In this document: positions 49,048 through 60,763 of the stretch, piece by piece
Layout: the number at the start of each line of letters is the position of its first letter
How positions within the stretch are numbered: position 1 is the first letter of the stretch
NCBI GenBank assembly: GCA_965240325.2
Contig: OZ251248.1
Coordinates: 930,001 to 994,000, forward strand
Length of the DNA stretch: 64,000 nucleotides
Reading direction: 5' to 3'
DNA from: Rebecca billardiae RCC1528
Lineage: Eukaryota; Protista; Haptophyta
Notes under the pieces: model-generated
Database searches by the model: none
Told to the model about the DNA's origin: nothing
What the model saw: only the letters and a program-made list of their open reading frames with translations
Made by a program: the position numbers and the translations under genes

Positions 49048-50170
49048 CTACGGCCGTCGCGCCGCCGCGGCGGCCGCGCCCGCGGCCACGGCGGCCACGG
49101 CCGCCGCGGCGGCACGCGCGTGCCCGACCGGCGTGTGCGCGGGCCCGTACGCGCGGCGCAGGTCCTGCAGCAGCCCGAGCACCGCCGCCGGCTCGCCGCG
49201 CGCGAGCGCGTCGGGCGCGAAGAGGAACTCGATCGACAGGTTGGGCCGCTTGCGCAGCACGCGCAGCGACTGCTCGGCGTTGTGCCGCCGCGCGGCGAAC
49301 GAGCGCGGCGCGGGGGTGATGCCGCCCACCGCCTCGCGCGAGAGGGCCTCTGCGCGCGCGCGCGCCGCACCCGGGCGCGTCCAGTCGAGGCGCGCGCGCG
49401 CGCGGCGGCGGGTGAGTCAGCGGCGGCCGCGGCGGCGCTGGCGCGCGCGCGCGCAGGAGCGCGGCGCGCGCGGCGGCGCGCACCGGTCAGCTTGGCCAGG
49501 AGCGTGCCGTCCTGGAACTCGACCACGGCGTCCGGCCGCAGCAGCGCGTGCTCCGCCAGCTCGATGCCCGCGCGCGCCAAGAGCCACGCGCCGAGCGCGC
49601 GCGCCTGCGCCACCTGTGCCGTGCCGTCGGCAGAGACGGCGCGCTCGGCGCCGCCGCCGGGGCACAGTTGCGCGTCGGGCGCGCGCAGGCCGTGCGCCGG
49701 GTGTCGCGGCGGGTCCCACGCCACCGCCGCCGCCCCTTCCGAGCCGCCGCCGCCGCCGCCGCCGCCGCCACCGGCCGCCGAAGGCGCGGCCGTGCGCGCG
49801 GCCGGTGACAGGCCCGCCAGCGGTGGCGGCACGGATGCGCTGTTGGCAACGGCGTCCGGCTGGACGCCACCGCCAATGTCCGCGGCGGCGCGCGCCGCGG
49901 CGCTCGCGCCGCACGCGAGCTCGGCCACGAGCGCGCGGGTGCGCTCCGACGGCTGCGCCGCGGTGGGGGCGGCGGCGGCGGCGGCGGGCGGCCGCGCCCG
50001 CGCCGCCGCATCCGCCGGCGCCGCCGGCTGAGCAGAGCGTTGCAGCAGGGCCTCAAGGGCGCTCGTTGCGGCCGCGCCGGCTCCGACCCCCGCCGCGGGC
50101 GCGGCATGGCCGCCCGCGCCCTCGTCTGCGCCCGCCTCCATGCCCGCCGCCGCGCCGCCGCCATCGTCAT

Positions 50171-50212
<42 letters not shown>

Positions 50213-50645
50213 GCCAGTCTGACCGTAGCGGCAGGTATCGAGCGCGCGGCGCGGCATGGTGGGCTCTCGGCGCGGCGCCACGCGCCGCCGAGCGCGGCGA
50301 CCTGAGCGCGAGCAGCTCGTCCCACGCCACCGCCGTCCCGGAGTCCCAGCCGCATCCTGTCAGCTCCGCGCCGCCGCCGCCGCCGGCTGCGTCTGCGCCC
50401 CCGGCTGCAGGCGAGTGCGGCGCGGCGCGCGCGGCGCGTGCGAACGCCGCGCCGCGCGGCGGCGTGGCGGTGGCGGCGGCGCTGCAGCCCGGCACGTGCC
50501 ACGCCGGCGGCTGTGCGCCGTACGCGCCGCCGCCGCACGCGCCCTCCACCGCGCCCACCGCGGGGGCCGGCGCCACGAGCTCGGCCCAAGCCTCCGCGGT
50601 CTCAGCCCTCTGCACGCCGCCGCCGCCGCCGCCGCCGCAGCCGCT

Positions 50646-50680
<35 letters not shown>

Positions 50681-50838
50681 ATTCGCTTGCGCCCGTCAGC
50701 AGCGCATCCCAGCCGACGCGTCGGCCGGCGGCATCGGCGGCGTCCAGAGTGCTTGAGCCGCCATCGCCGTCGTCGCTCTCGCCGTCCGCGCTGCCCAGCC
50801 CGCCGCGCTCCGTGCCGCGCGCGCGCGCGCGCGCGCCT

Positions 50839-50914
<76 letters not shown>

Positions 50915-52340
50915 AACCGCTGCCGCCGCCGCCCAGCGCGCCCACGCCGACGTTGGCGCGCTTGTCGGCCTCGTCGCGCGGCGCGGCGCCGCGCGGGCGC
51001 AGCGCGAGCCTGAGCAGGTGGCACGCCGCCGCCAGGTCGCCCTCTTCCAGCACGCGCCGCGTCAGCTCGTCGAGCGACGACGGCGCCGCGCGCGCGCCCG
51101 GCGCCGCCGCGGCGGCGGTGCGCGCTCGCAGCGCGGCGCATCCCAGTTCACTGTTGCGGCGCGCGCCGGCCGCCGATCGGACGGGCCAGACAGCGCCGCG
51201 GATGAGGGGCACGCCGGGCCCCGCGTCGGCGTGCGCGGGGTCTGCCGCCCCGCCGCCGCCGCCGTCGGCCGCCGCGCACAGCGCCGCGCACAGCGCCGTG
51301 CCGTCGAGCAGCATTGGCGCGACCGATTCGAGCGCGCGCGCGCGCCACCGGCGCGCGGCGGCCGCGGCGGCCGCGGCGGCGCGCGCGGGCGCCGGCGGCG
51401 CTGGCGACGACGGCGGCGCTGGCGACGACGGCGGCGGCGAGTACGGCGGGGGCTGGTGCGTGGCGGCGGCGGCGGCGGCGGCGCCGAGGCCGCTGAGCGC
51501 GGCGCCGACGCCGCTCCCGTTGAGCCAGCGCAGCACCTCCTCCTCCGCCGCCTCCGCCGCCTCCGCCTCCGCACTCGGCCGCAGCAGCACGCGCGCGTCG
51601 CGCGTGCCGCGCACAATGCGCGCGAGTGCGCGCCAGCCAATCAAATCGCTGCCTGCGACCAGCTGGGCCTCCTCGGCTTCGTCAACGAGCGCGGCGGGCG
51701 CGGGGCGCGGGCGCACGCCGAGCTCGAAGAGCGTCGACGCCGCCTCGCGCCACAGCGCGCGCACCGCGTCGAGCGTCTGCGGCCGCCGCGCGCCCGCGCC
51801 GCCGGCGCGCGCGCCGCCGCGCGCGCCGCGCGCCGCGCCGCGCACGCGCGCCGCCGCCTCCGCCACCAAAGTCCCGTTGGTCAGAGGATGGCTGAGAGGG
51901 TGGTAACGGCGCGCGTGCGTGGCCCACGGCACGTGCAGGCCGAGGCGGCGGCGCAGCCACACGCGCGCGAAGTACTCGTCGCGCCCCGTCACGCCCGACC
52001 GGCGCAGCTCGCCGCGGCTCAACCCATCCAGCGACAGCCATTCTGCCAGTCGGATGGGCGGCGCGGCGCCGCCGGCCGCGGCCGAGCGCGCGCGCGGCGC
52101 GGCGCGGCGCCGGCGCGCGGAGGGATCGGCGCCGGCGGGCGAGGGCGTGGGCGCGCCTGAGACGACGGTCTCGGCGTCGCTCCCGCTGCTCCCGTCCTCG
52201 TCGGCGGCGCCGCCGCCGCCGCCCCGCCCGCCCCCGAGTGCGGACGACGACGCGGCAGCGGCGCCGCCGCCGCCACAGCCGCCGCCGCGCGATCGTGGCG
52301 CGCGCGCGCCGCCGCGCGCGCCGCGCGCGTCCGAGCCCGC

Positions 52341-52371
<31 letters not shown>

Positions 52372-54104
52372 TGCGCGTACGCGTGGAGCGCCTCGAGCAG
52401 CGCCCAGAGCAGCTGCGGCGCGCCGGCCGCCAGCCGCCTCGGCACGTCGCCCTCGAGCAGCACCGGGTCAACCGCCGCGGCGCAGCGCGCGCGCACCACA
52501 GCAAGCGCCTTGCTAAAGTTTCGGCCGCGCGCCGCGCGGCCGCAGTGGCCAGCGGCCGACGCGTCGACGCCGCGGATCGGCACGCCGGTGACGGCGGTGA
52601 CGAGGGCGCAGAGCAGCGCGCCGGTCTGGAAGGCGAGCACCGCCGCGTACGCCGAGGGCAGCTCGAGCGGCGGCGGCCGCACCGCGACGAGCCGCTCGCC
52701 ACGCGCCGACGCCGCGCGCGCCGGTACGTGCGCGCCGTCCGCGCGCGCGCCGCCGGCTGAGCGCGCCGCCCCAGGCGTTGGCATTCGAAGCCGCAGCGAT
52801 CGGAGCCAGCGCAGCAGCGTCTCTTGGTGGACGGCGCCGAGGGGCGGCGGCGCGCGCTCGAGGCGCGGCGCCGCGTCCGCGTGCGCGGCGAACGCCGCCT
52901 CCACCGCCGCGGCGTGCGCGGGCGGCAGCACAGCCGCGTGCGCCACGGGAGGCGGCGCGGCCGCGGCGGCCGCGGCGGCGGCGGCCGCCGACGCCGCCGC
53001 GGCGCCGGCGGTGGCGGCCGCGGCCGTGGCGTGCGCGCGTGGCGAGGCGGAGCGGCTCGACGCGCGCGGCTCGGCGGCGGCGGCGGGTCCCAGCGCGGAC
53101 CCCGCCGCCGCCGCCGCGTGCGCGCTCGCCACCGCGTCCGCCGCGGCACTGTTGGTGGCGGCACCGGCGGCGGCGCCGAGCTCGGCGGCAGACGCGCCGC
53201 CGGCGCGCCGCAGCGCGGCCGCATGCTCCGCGCTGTGCGCGCCCCGGCCCATGCGGCCGAGCGCGGCGGCGACGGCGGGGCCGAAGAGCAGCGCGGCGGC
53301 GCCGAGCGACGGCCCGCGGTGCAGCTGCTCCACCGACGTCGCGCGCCGCGCCGCCGCGCCGCCGCGCTCAGCCTCCGCGCGAACTACCGTCGGTGCCGCC
53401 CAGTGCGCCGACGGCGCGCGCCGCGGCGGGCCGTACGCGGCGGCCAGCGACAGCCGCGAGCGCGCCTCGGCCAGTGGCATGCGCGGCTGCACGGGGTCGA
53501 GCTGCGGCTCGACGGGCAGCTCGGGCGGTGGCGCCGCCGCCGGCGGAGGGCGCGCACCCGCGCGCGCGCCGCCGAAGCCGCCCGCCGCGCCGCGCGCCGC
53601 GCCGCCGCCGCCGCCGCCGAGTGCAGGCGGCGAGACAGGCCGACTGCCGCCCGCCGAGGCGGGCGGGGCGCGCGCGAGCGCGGGCACGGGCGCGCGCACG
53701 CGCTCGAGCTCCGCCCACTCCTCGTACCGCCGCGCCGCGCGCCGGTCGAGCGCGTGCACGCAGCGGCGCGCGAGCAGGCACGCACTCAGCAGCACGTCGG
53801 TCGCGCCGGCCGCCGCGTCGAGCGGCGCGTCCGGATCGAGGAGTCCGGGTGGCAGTGCGGCGTCGCCCGCCGCGTCGTGGAGCAGCTCGAACGCGCCGAC
53901 CAGCCGGCCGGGCGGCCCTCGCGCGCGCGCGTCCGGCGCGGGCAGCTCGAGCGCATGCGCGAGCGCGCGCGCGAGCTCAAACAGCGCCTCGCCATTGGCC
54001 AGCTGCTCGATTGACGAAACGAGGGCGCAGCTGCGGAAGGGCTGCGCGTTGAGGAAGTAGACGCACGCGCGCGCCGCCTCGGCGCGGTCCGCGCGCGGCA
54101 GCAT
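49048..54104 (-). CDS. Large Ala/Gly/Pro-rich protein with several calponin-homology-like domains; intron 49483-49350
   Basis: Repeated CH-like motifs: LANGEALFEL, FQTGALLCALV...RNFSKALAVVR, LTNGTLVAE, LLDGTALCAAL...RRNSELG, FQDGTLLAKL...RHNAEQSLRVLR...VLGLLQDLRRAY. Start ATG uncertain. Confidence 0.65.
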
Positions 54105-54424
54105 CCGCGCGCGCCGCGAGCCGAGCCGCCGCGCGTGTGCGCGCGCCGGCCACCGGGCTGGCCCCACCGTTTGAAGGGCGGGCGGCGGTGCAGAGCCTCG
54201 GGCGGCGCTTGGCTCAGTTGACGAACGCAGCAGCATGGCGACCCCGCTTGGGCGCGCGCTCTGATTGGCCGCGCCGCGCTGGCTCTCGTTCGGCGCTTTA
54301 CAAGTGCGTCGCGCGGCCTTGCCATCCATATTATTGCTTCCGGGGGGACGGCGAAGCCCAGCCTGCCGCAAGGGAAGCAGCCGAGGCCGTCACGCGCGAG
54401 GCGGGCTTGGCAGCAGCGGCAGCG

Positions 54425-55968
54425 ATGAACGGCACGGCGGCGTCGAACGGCTCGGGCGACATCATGCCCGCCGACCTCCCCGTCCGGTACGCCACCGCGC
54501 GCCGTGGCTCCGTCTCCGCCGAGGTCATCCACCGCCAGAGCGCGCACGACTTTGTGCCAAAGGTGCACCCAAAGTCGGAGGAGACGGCGCAGGCGATCCG
54601 CGCGTCGATCGGGACGAACTTCCTCTTCGACGGGCTCTCCGCGAAGCAGCTGCGCGACGTGATCAACGTGCGCGCGCGCGCGCGCCACGCGCCATGCGCC
54701 CGCGCCACACACGCGCTCACGCGCGGTGCGCCGCGCGCGCTCGCCGCTCGCCGCCTGCCGCCTGCCGCGCAGTGCATGTTTGAGAAGCGCGTCGAGGCGG
54801 GCGAGAACGTGATGACGCAGGGCGAGGACGGGGACTACTTCTACGTCGTCACCTCCGGCGTCTTCGAGGCCGTCAAGAACGACGCCGTCGTCTGCCGCTA
54901 CGACGGCTCGGGCGCGTTCGGCGAGCTGGCGCTCATGTACAACTGCCCGCGCGCGGCGACGATCGTAGCGCGCTCGGCGGGGACGCTGTGGGCGCTGGAG
55001 CGCACGGTGTTCATGCACATGCTCGTCGGCGAGCGCCAGAAGCGCGCCGTCGCCTCGGAGGCGTGGCTCGGCAAGATCCCCATCCTGGACTACCTCGACC
55101 ACACCGACCGCGCGAGGCTGTGCGACGCGCTCGTCAGCAAGGAGTTCAGCGCGGGCGCGACCATCTTCGAGCAGGGCGAGCAGGGGTTGTGGTTCTACCT
55201 GGTGGAGGAGGTGTGTGTGTGTGTGCACGCGCGCGCCGGGCGCATGCCGCCGCCGCCGCGGGCGCGTGCTCGGTGCAGGGCTGAGCGCGGGGTGTGCGGC
55301 GAGGCGGCGGCCGGCGGGCACACAGCGCGCACGCGCGCGCGCGCGGCGTGCGCGCCGGCTGACGCTCGTGTGCCCGCCGCGCGCGCGCGCACGCGCGCGC
55401 GCGCAGGGCGAGGCCGTGGGCATCCACACCGCGGACGACGGCTCCACCAAGGAGGTGGCGGAGATGAAAGCGGGCGACTACTTTGGCGAGCGCGCGCTCA
55501 TCACGGACGCGCCGCGCGCGCTCACCGTCGTCGCCAAGAGCTCGCTCAAGGTGCGCTCCCTTGCGCACCGCGCCCAGGGGCCTTTTTTTTATTATAAATA
55601 ACATCCCCCGCACCCCGGGCGGGGGTTTTCGAGGGCTGGCCCGCGCGGCGCGGCCAGTGAGGGCCGGCTGGCCGCGCGACGTGCGCGGCCGAGGGCCTGC
55701 TGCGCCGCGCGGACGGCGCGGCGCCGCCCCTGACCGTGCGCTGACGACTAGCCTTTGCCGTCCGCGCGCGTCGCCCCTGCTGCTGCTGTGTTTTTTTCCC
55801 CCTGTCCGGCGGGTGGAACCGGTGTGCGCGCTACAGGTGCTGTGCCTCGATGCGCCAGGCTTCGAGCGGCTGCTCGGCCCGTGCAAGCACGCCATGCAGG
55901 AGCGCATCGCCGCGTACCAATCGCTCGCTGCCGGCGCGGACGACGACGTGGACGCAGAGGACGAATGA
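54425..55968 (+). CDS. cAMP-dependent protein kinase regulatory subunit; introns 54668-54772, 55211-55406 and 55551-55836
   Basis: Inhibitor site RRGSVSAE and two cyclic-nucleotide-binding cassettes, FGELALMYNCPRAATI and FGERALITDAPRALTV. Confidence 0.93.
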
Positions 55969-57182
55969 AGAATCGCTCGAGCATTTGACCGATCGAGCGA
56001 TTCTTCGAAGTTGCTTTTGGGATGCTGGAGGGAAGGATGGGTGGCGCTCGCTCGGCGGGTCGGTCGCTCTGGTTGTGGCGAAGCACGACGTGCTGACACC
56101 TGACGCGGCGCAGCGCAGCCGCTGGGCCGGGCCGTGGCGCGCTCGCAGCGCAGCGTCGAGCTTGTTCGCGCGCGCGGCGCCGGGCTGGGCTGCGGGCTTC
56201 CCGGCCACCTCAGCCTGCGCGCCGCCAAGCGCGTCGCGCAGTCGCCTTGCCGCTGCCGGTGGTGAGTCGCGCAGTGCTGGACCCGAGCCCGGGCTCTTGG
56301 GATCCGGTGCATGCGGTATCCAATCCGATCGGCGTGGCTGCGCTGTCCGCATGGCGTCCGCCGCGGCTTGGCGGCTGACGCCGCACCATCGAGCCAGTCG
56401 GGGGCGGCGGCGAAAACCGTGGCCGGGGCGGCCGGTGGCCCCTGGTGATGCCCCGCCACTACTCTGCTGCGCTACTTCGCCTCCGGCGTGCACCGGATGT
56501 TCCGCCCGGGGCGGGCCGGGGAGTGCAGCGGCAGGCCCGTTCCGTGTCCGCGGTTCGGAGTAACTTCGGCGGTCGTCGTCCGTCGTGGACGTCAGGTCTC
56601 AGGACGTGGGTCGATCAGTCACCATCAAGCAAGTTGCGGTCGCGCCCGCGGGCGCCGAGGCGCTCGTCAATTGACGACGACGACGACACTATAATAACGC
56701 GCAGCCCGTATAGTAGTCGTCGTAGTCTGCTAAGACGAGCGCGCAGCGTATATACTCTCGCGCGGGGCCGCTAACGAGTAACGGTAGCTACGGCGGCGCC
56801 GAGCTGCGCGCGGCAGCGCGCGCTGCGCTGGCGGCCGTCGGATATCGCGTCGCACTCGTGACTCGTCGTCGTCTGCTCGCGTCACGAGTTCATTTATACG
56901 TACGACTACGACGACGTCTGATCATCAATACGACGACGACTACCCGGCGCATGCAATCATCGTGTCGGCAAGCGGCCATCAAGCCAGGCGGGGCGCCGCG
57001 CCACGCCCGGCCCGCGCGGACCGCCTCGGGCTGTCAGTCGGGCATCGCGGCGCGGCCATGCCCATGCCCATGTCGCCTTGGCCCCCGCCCCCGGCCCCGG
57101 GGCCGGGCACGCGCCGCTCATGAGTCCTCATGGATGGCATACGCCTCCGCCAAGATCGTCATGAAGCAGATCAGAATAATCA

Positions 57183-58287
57183 TCATCCGTCCGCGAGCAG
57201 GCTGGAGAGCTCGCGGCGCAGCAGCTCCTTCCGCAGCTTCTCCATCTCCTTCTCCCTCTTCACCGAGATGGTGGGGAAGTACGCGCCGGGCCCCGGCCTC
57301 AGCTCCGAGTCCGGGTCGGCGCGCGCCTCGCGGCCCGACGCGAATCGGTGCGCCTGCCCGCTCCTAGTGGTCTCGGCCGGGAGCGAGTAATGCCCCGGAC
57401 CGGGGAGCAGGTTGGCGCGGCGCTCCTTCGCCTGGTACTTGCGCCGCGCCTTCTCGCGCTTCAAGTACTCTTTCCGCCCCACGGCGAACTTGCCGCCAGA
57501 CTGTGGGCGGCGCGTGCCGTGCGCGCGCGGCGGGCGGGCGGGCGGGCGGGCGGGCGGGCGCGCGGCGCGCGGCGGGGGCGGGGTAGCGGCGTGGGCCGTC
57601 AGCCGACGGCGCGCGAGGTGGCAAGGGCGGCGTGCGCGCGCGCACCTCCTTCTCCACCGGCCTCGGGTCGTACGCGTTCGGCGCGGGCGAGTGTCGCGCC
57701 GCCTCCGACTCCCTGGCGCGCTGCTCGCCGGAGCCGAACGACGCCGACGCAATCGACGGGAAGTCGACGCGCTCGGGCGAGTAGGCAGCCGGGCCGGGGC
57801 CGGCGTGCGAAGAGTCGAATTCGAAGCCCTTCGGGCGCGAGTTGAACGGCACGGCGCCCACGTGCTTCCGCCGGTCGAGCAGCTCCGAGTCGCCGTCGTA
57901 CGCCGCGGGCCCGGGGCCCTCCCCTCGGCCGTCCACCATGGGCCGCCGGCCGGCCATCGCCTTGAGCGGCTCGACCGCGGACTTGGAGGTGATGGAGGAT
58001 GCGATGCCGTCGACGGAGTAGGAGCCCGGGCCGGGCGCGTCGGCCGCGTTCTTCGTGTGCAGGTCGTGGAACCACGGCCGGTGCTCCGCCGCCGACTTGT
58101 CGTGCACGCGGCGCGCGGCGGCCAGCTGCACGTCGAGGTGCAGCCGGCGCATGCGGTCGCGCTCGTCAATGGCGGCCTGGCGCGCGATGACGCGCGCCAT
58201 CTTCTCCTCGGCGGCCTCGCGCCTGCGCGCCTGCGCGATCTCTTGCCGCGTAAGGGGCGGCGGCGCCTGCCCCGGGCCGCTCGCCAT
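57183..58287 (-). CDS. SHIPPO / sperm-tail PG-rich repeat protein (ODF3/STPG-like); intron 57645-57501
   Basis: Six P(G/A)P-x-x-Y repeats: PGPGSY, PGPAAY x2, PAPNAY, PGPGHY, PGPGAY. Confidence 0.8.
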
Positions 58288-58421
58288 GGCGAGCGCGGCG
58301 GGGCGTGCCACCACGCAGCACGGCCACCCTCGCTGCGGGCGGCGCCGTGGGCGTGGGCGCGAGAGACCTCACCGACTACTTCGTTACGCGTCCCTCCGGC
58401 GCGAGCGCGTGAAAGGGCGCC

Positions 58422-60068
58422 ATGGCCGAAACCGCGAGTCCGGGGGGCCGGCGCGCAGCCAGGCAAGCGTCGCCGCCCAAGCGAGGAGTAACCGCCGGCA
58501 TGCCGGAGGCCGCGCAGCCCTCGGCCGACGAGGTGGCGCTGCACGACCTCGCGCTCGAGCGCGTGCGCCTCGCGCGCTCGGCCGAGCTCGCCGCGCCCGA
58601 AGACGCCATCGCGCTCGCCGAGCGGTGCGACGCCGCCGCCGAGCAGCTCTGCGGCCGCAAGTCGCGCGACTACGCAACCAGCCTGCAGTGGACGGCGCTG
58701 ATTTACAGGCGCGCGGCCGAGGCGAAGGGCGGCGGGCGCAAGGCGAAGAAGGAGCTGCAGCAGGCGATCGTGCTGCTCCGCGAGTCCTCCGCCATCCTCG
58801 CCCGCGCGCTCGGCGCGCAGCACCTCGAGTACGCGCGCTCCCTCTTCACGCTCGCGAGCGCGCTCGCCTCGACCGGCGGCAAGCCGGACCTCAAGGAGGC
58901 GGCGGAGGTGAACGTGCGCGCGCTGGGGATCTTCTGGCGCGCGAGCCGGCGGGCGGATCTGACCGAGCACTCCATCGCCGAGCTCGCCGACCTGCTCGCC
59001 GCCGCGCACGCGCGCGTGCGCCCGGCCGAGGGCCGCGCGGCCGCGCTGATCGCCGAAGCGATTTCGTTCGAGGAGGCGGGCGCCGCCGGCACGGGCGGGC
59101 CGCTCACGCCGGTGTGCCACGCGATGCGGATGGGGCTCGCGCGCGTGCTCGAGGCGGAGGGCGAGCTCCACGCCGCCGTCGACGCCGCCGCAAAGGCCGC
59201 CGCCGCCCTCGCCAGGGGCATCAAGCCGGTCGTCGACGCGCCCAAGCGCGGCGCCGGCGCGGGCGCGCTCGCGCGACCAAAGTCATCAGCCAAGCTGAGC
59301 GAGGTGGAGACGGCGGCGCTCGAGGCGGCGGCGGAGGAGGCGCGGATGGAGGCGTTCCGCCGCGAGCGCGCCGACGCGCACGAGCGCGCCTCCGCCCACG
59401 CCGCCGCGCTCGGCACGCTCGGCGCGCTGCTGCGGCGCACCGGCCGCGCCGCCGAGGCCACCTCGGCAGAGCGCAGCGCCCTCGACGCGCTCCGGCCGCA
59501 CAAGGAGCGGCACTCGAAGAACCCGCTGCCGCAGCCGGCGTGGGCGGACGGGCCGCTCGCGGCGGAGCTCGCGCGGCGCATCGCCGACGCGGAGCTCGCC
59601 GCCGCCGCCGCCGCGCCCCCAGACCCCGAGCCCTACGCGGCAGCGAGCGCCGCCGCGCAGCACGCGCTCGAGCTGGCGGCGGCCGAGTGCGGCCGAGACT
59701 CTGTGGCGCACGCGCAGGTGCGGCGGCGCTGCACGCGCGCTCCCCCTTCTCCCCACGCACGCCCGCGTGCGCACGGGGCGCGCCCTCGGCCGCTCAGCCG
59801 CCCCTCGACGCGCGCCCTCGCGACGCGCGCACAGGCTCTGCGCACGGCGGCGGCGTGCGAGCGCGCCGCCGGCCGGCACGCGGAGGCCGTCGGCGCACTC
59901 AGCGAGGCGGCGACCATCCTGCGCGGCGCGCTCGGCGAGCGCGACGGCGAGTACGTCGAGTGCATGCGCGCGCACGCCAGCCTGTACCGCGAGTGGATGC
60001 AGCTCGCCGCCGGGCCGCCGGCGCCGCCGTTGGCCTCGTCGTCGGCGGGCGACCTGACAGCATCATGA
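58422..60068 (+). CDS. TPR protein (kinesin-light-chain-type repeats); intron 59718-59834
   Basis: DYATSLQWTALIY, ILARALGAQHLEYARSLFTLA, ILRGALGERDGEYVECMRAHASLY. Confidence 0.7.
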   Translation: MAETASPGGRRAARQASPPKRGVTAGMPEAAQPSADEVALHDLALERVRLARSAELAAPEDAIALAERCDAAAEQLCGRKSRDYATSLQWTALIYRRAAEAKGGGRKAKKELQQAIVLLRESSAILARALGAQHLEYARSLFTLASALASTGGKPDLKEAAEVNVRALGIFWRASRRADLTEHSIAELADLLAAAHARVRPAEGRAAALIAEAISFEEAGAAGTGGPLTPVCHAMRMGLARVLEAEGELHAAVDAAAKAAAALARGIKPVVDAPKRGAGAGALARPKSSAKLSEVETAALEAAAEEARMEAFRRERADAHERASAHAAALGTLGALLRRTGRAAEATSAERSALDALRPHKERHSKNPLPQPAWADGPLAAELARRIADAELAAAAAAPPDPEPYAAASAAAQHALELAAAECGRDSVAHAQVRRRCTRAPPSPHARPRAHGARPRPLSRPSTRALATRAQALRTAAACERAAGRHAEAVGALSEAATILRGALGERDGEYVECMRAHASLYREWMQLAAGPPAPPLASSSAGDLTAS

Positions 60069-60763
60069 CAATACCGTATGAGTAATTAAGAGACGACCAC
60101 ATGCAGGCACAGCGCGCCACGCCGCGGCACGCGCGGTCCTACTGCTATATATATATAGCATTATTATTGCTGCCACGCGGTGACGCGCCGCCACTGCCCA
60201 CGCCGCACGCGGGATGCCAGCCCGCGCCCCGCGGACCGCAAGTGCACTGTCAGTCGGGTGACCGCCGCCCGCCGGCGTCGGGCGTGACCGGACCGAGTAT
60301 AGCGCTAACGACCGAGCGTGTTTAATAAGTCCGTAGTCGTCGTTGACGATATCCGGCGACGACGCGGAGCCGGAAGCAGTAGTTAGTCGTCAGCAATCCG
60401 TGATTATGAGTCAATGCTGGGCGGTCATGCTACGATTGCTACGCCTGGTACGATAATAACGAGCCCCGTACGTGAACTCAGTCAATCTACTGCTGATACT
60501 GCGCGTCGGCGCGTCCTGCATCGTCACTAGATTAATAATTCAGCATCACACTACCGCCTCGTCGGACTTGTCGGTCGTCCGGTACGGTATGATGTAGTCA
60601 GTACATAACGGTTATAATCATAATGCATGCCGCGCTGTGCTCGGCCTATACGACTACTCTTAGGACTCACTAGTCGGCGTGACCGGCGTGTAACTTCCGA
60701 CGGTACTTCCGTGACCGTGTCATGTCCGCGGTCCGTGATCGGGGTGTAACGTCCGTATATATA

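Noticed and set aside
50140-54060. Long antisense ORFs (588 aa, 713 aa) and similar Arg/Ala/Pro-rich ORFs throughout
   Set aside because: Shadow frames of GC-rich coding sequence with no domain motifs.
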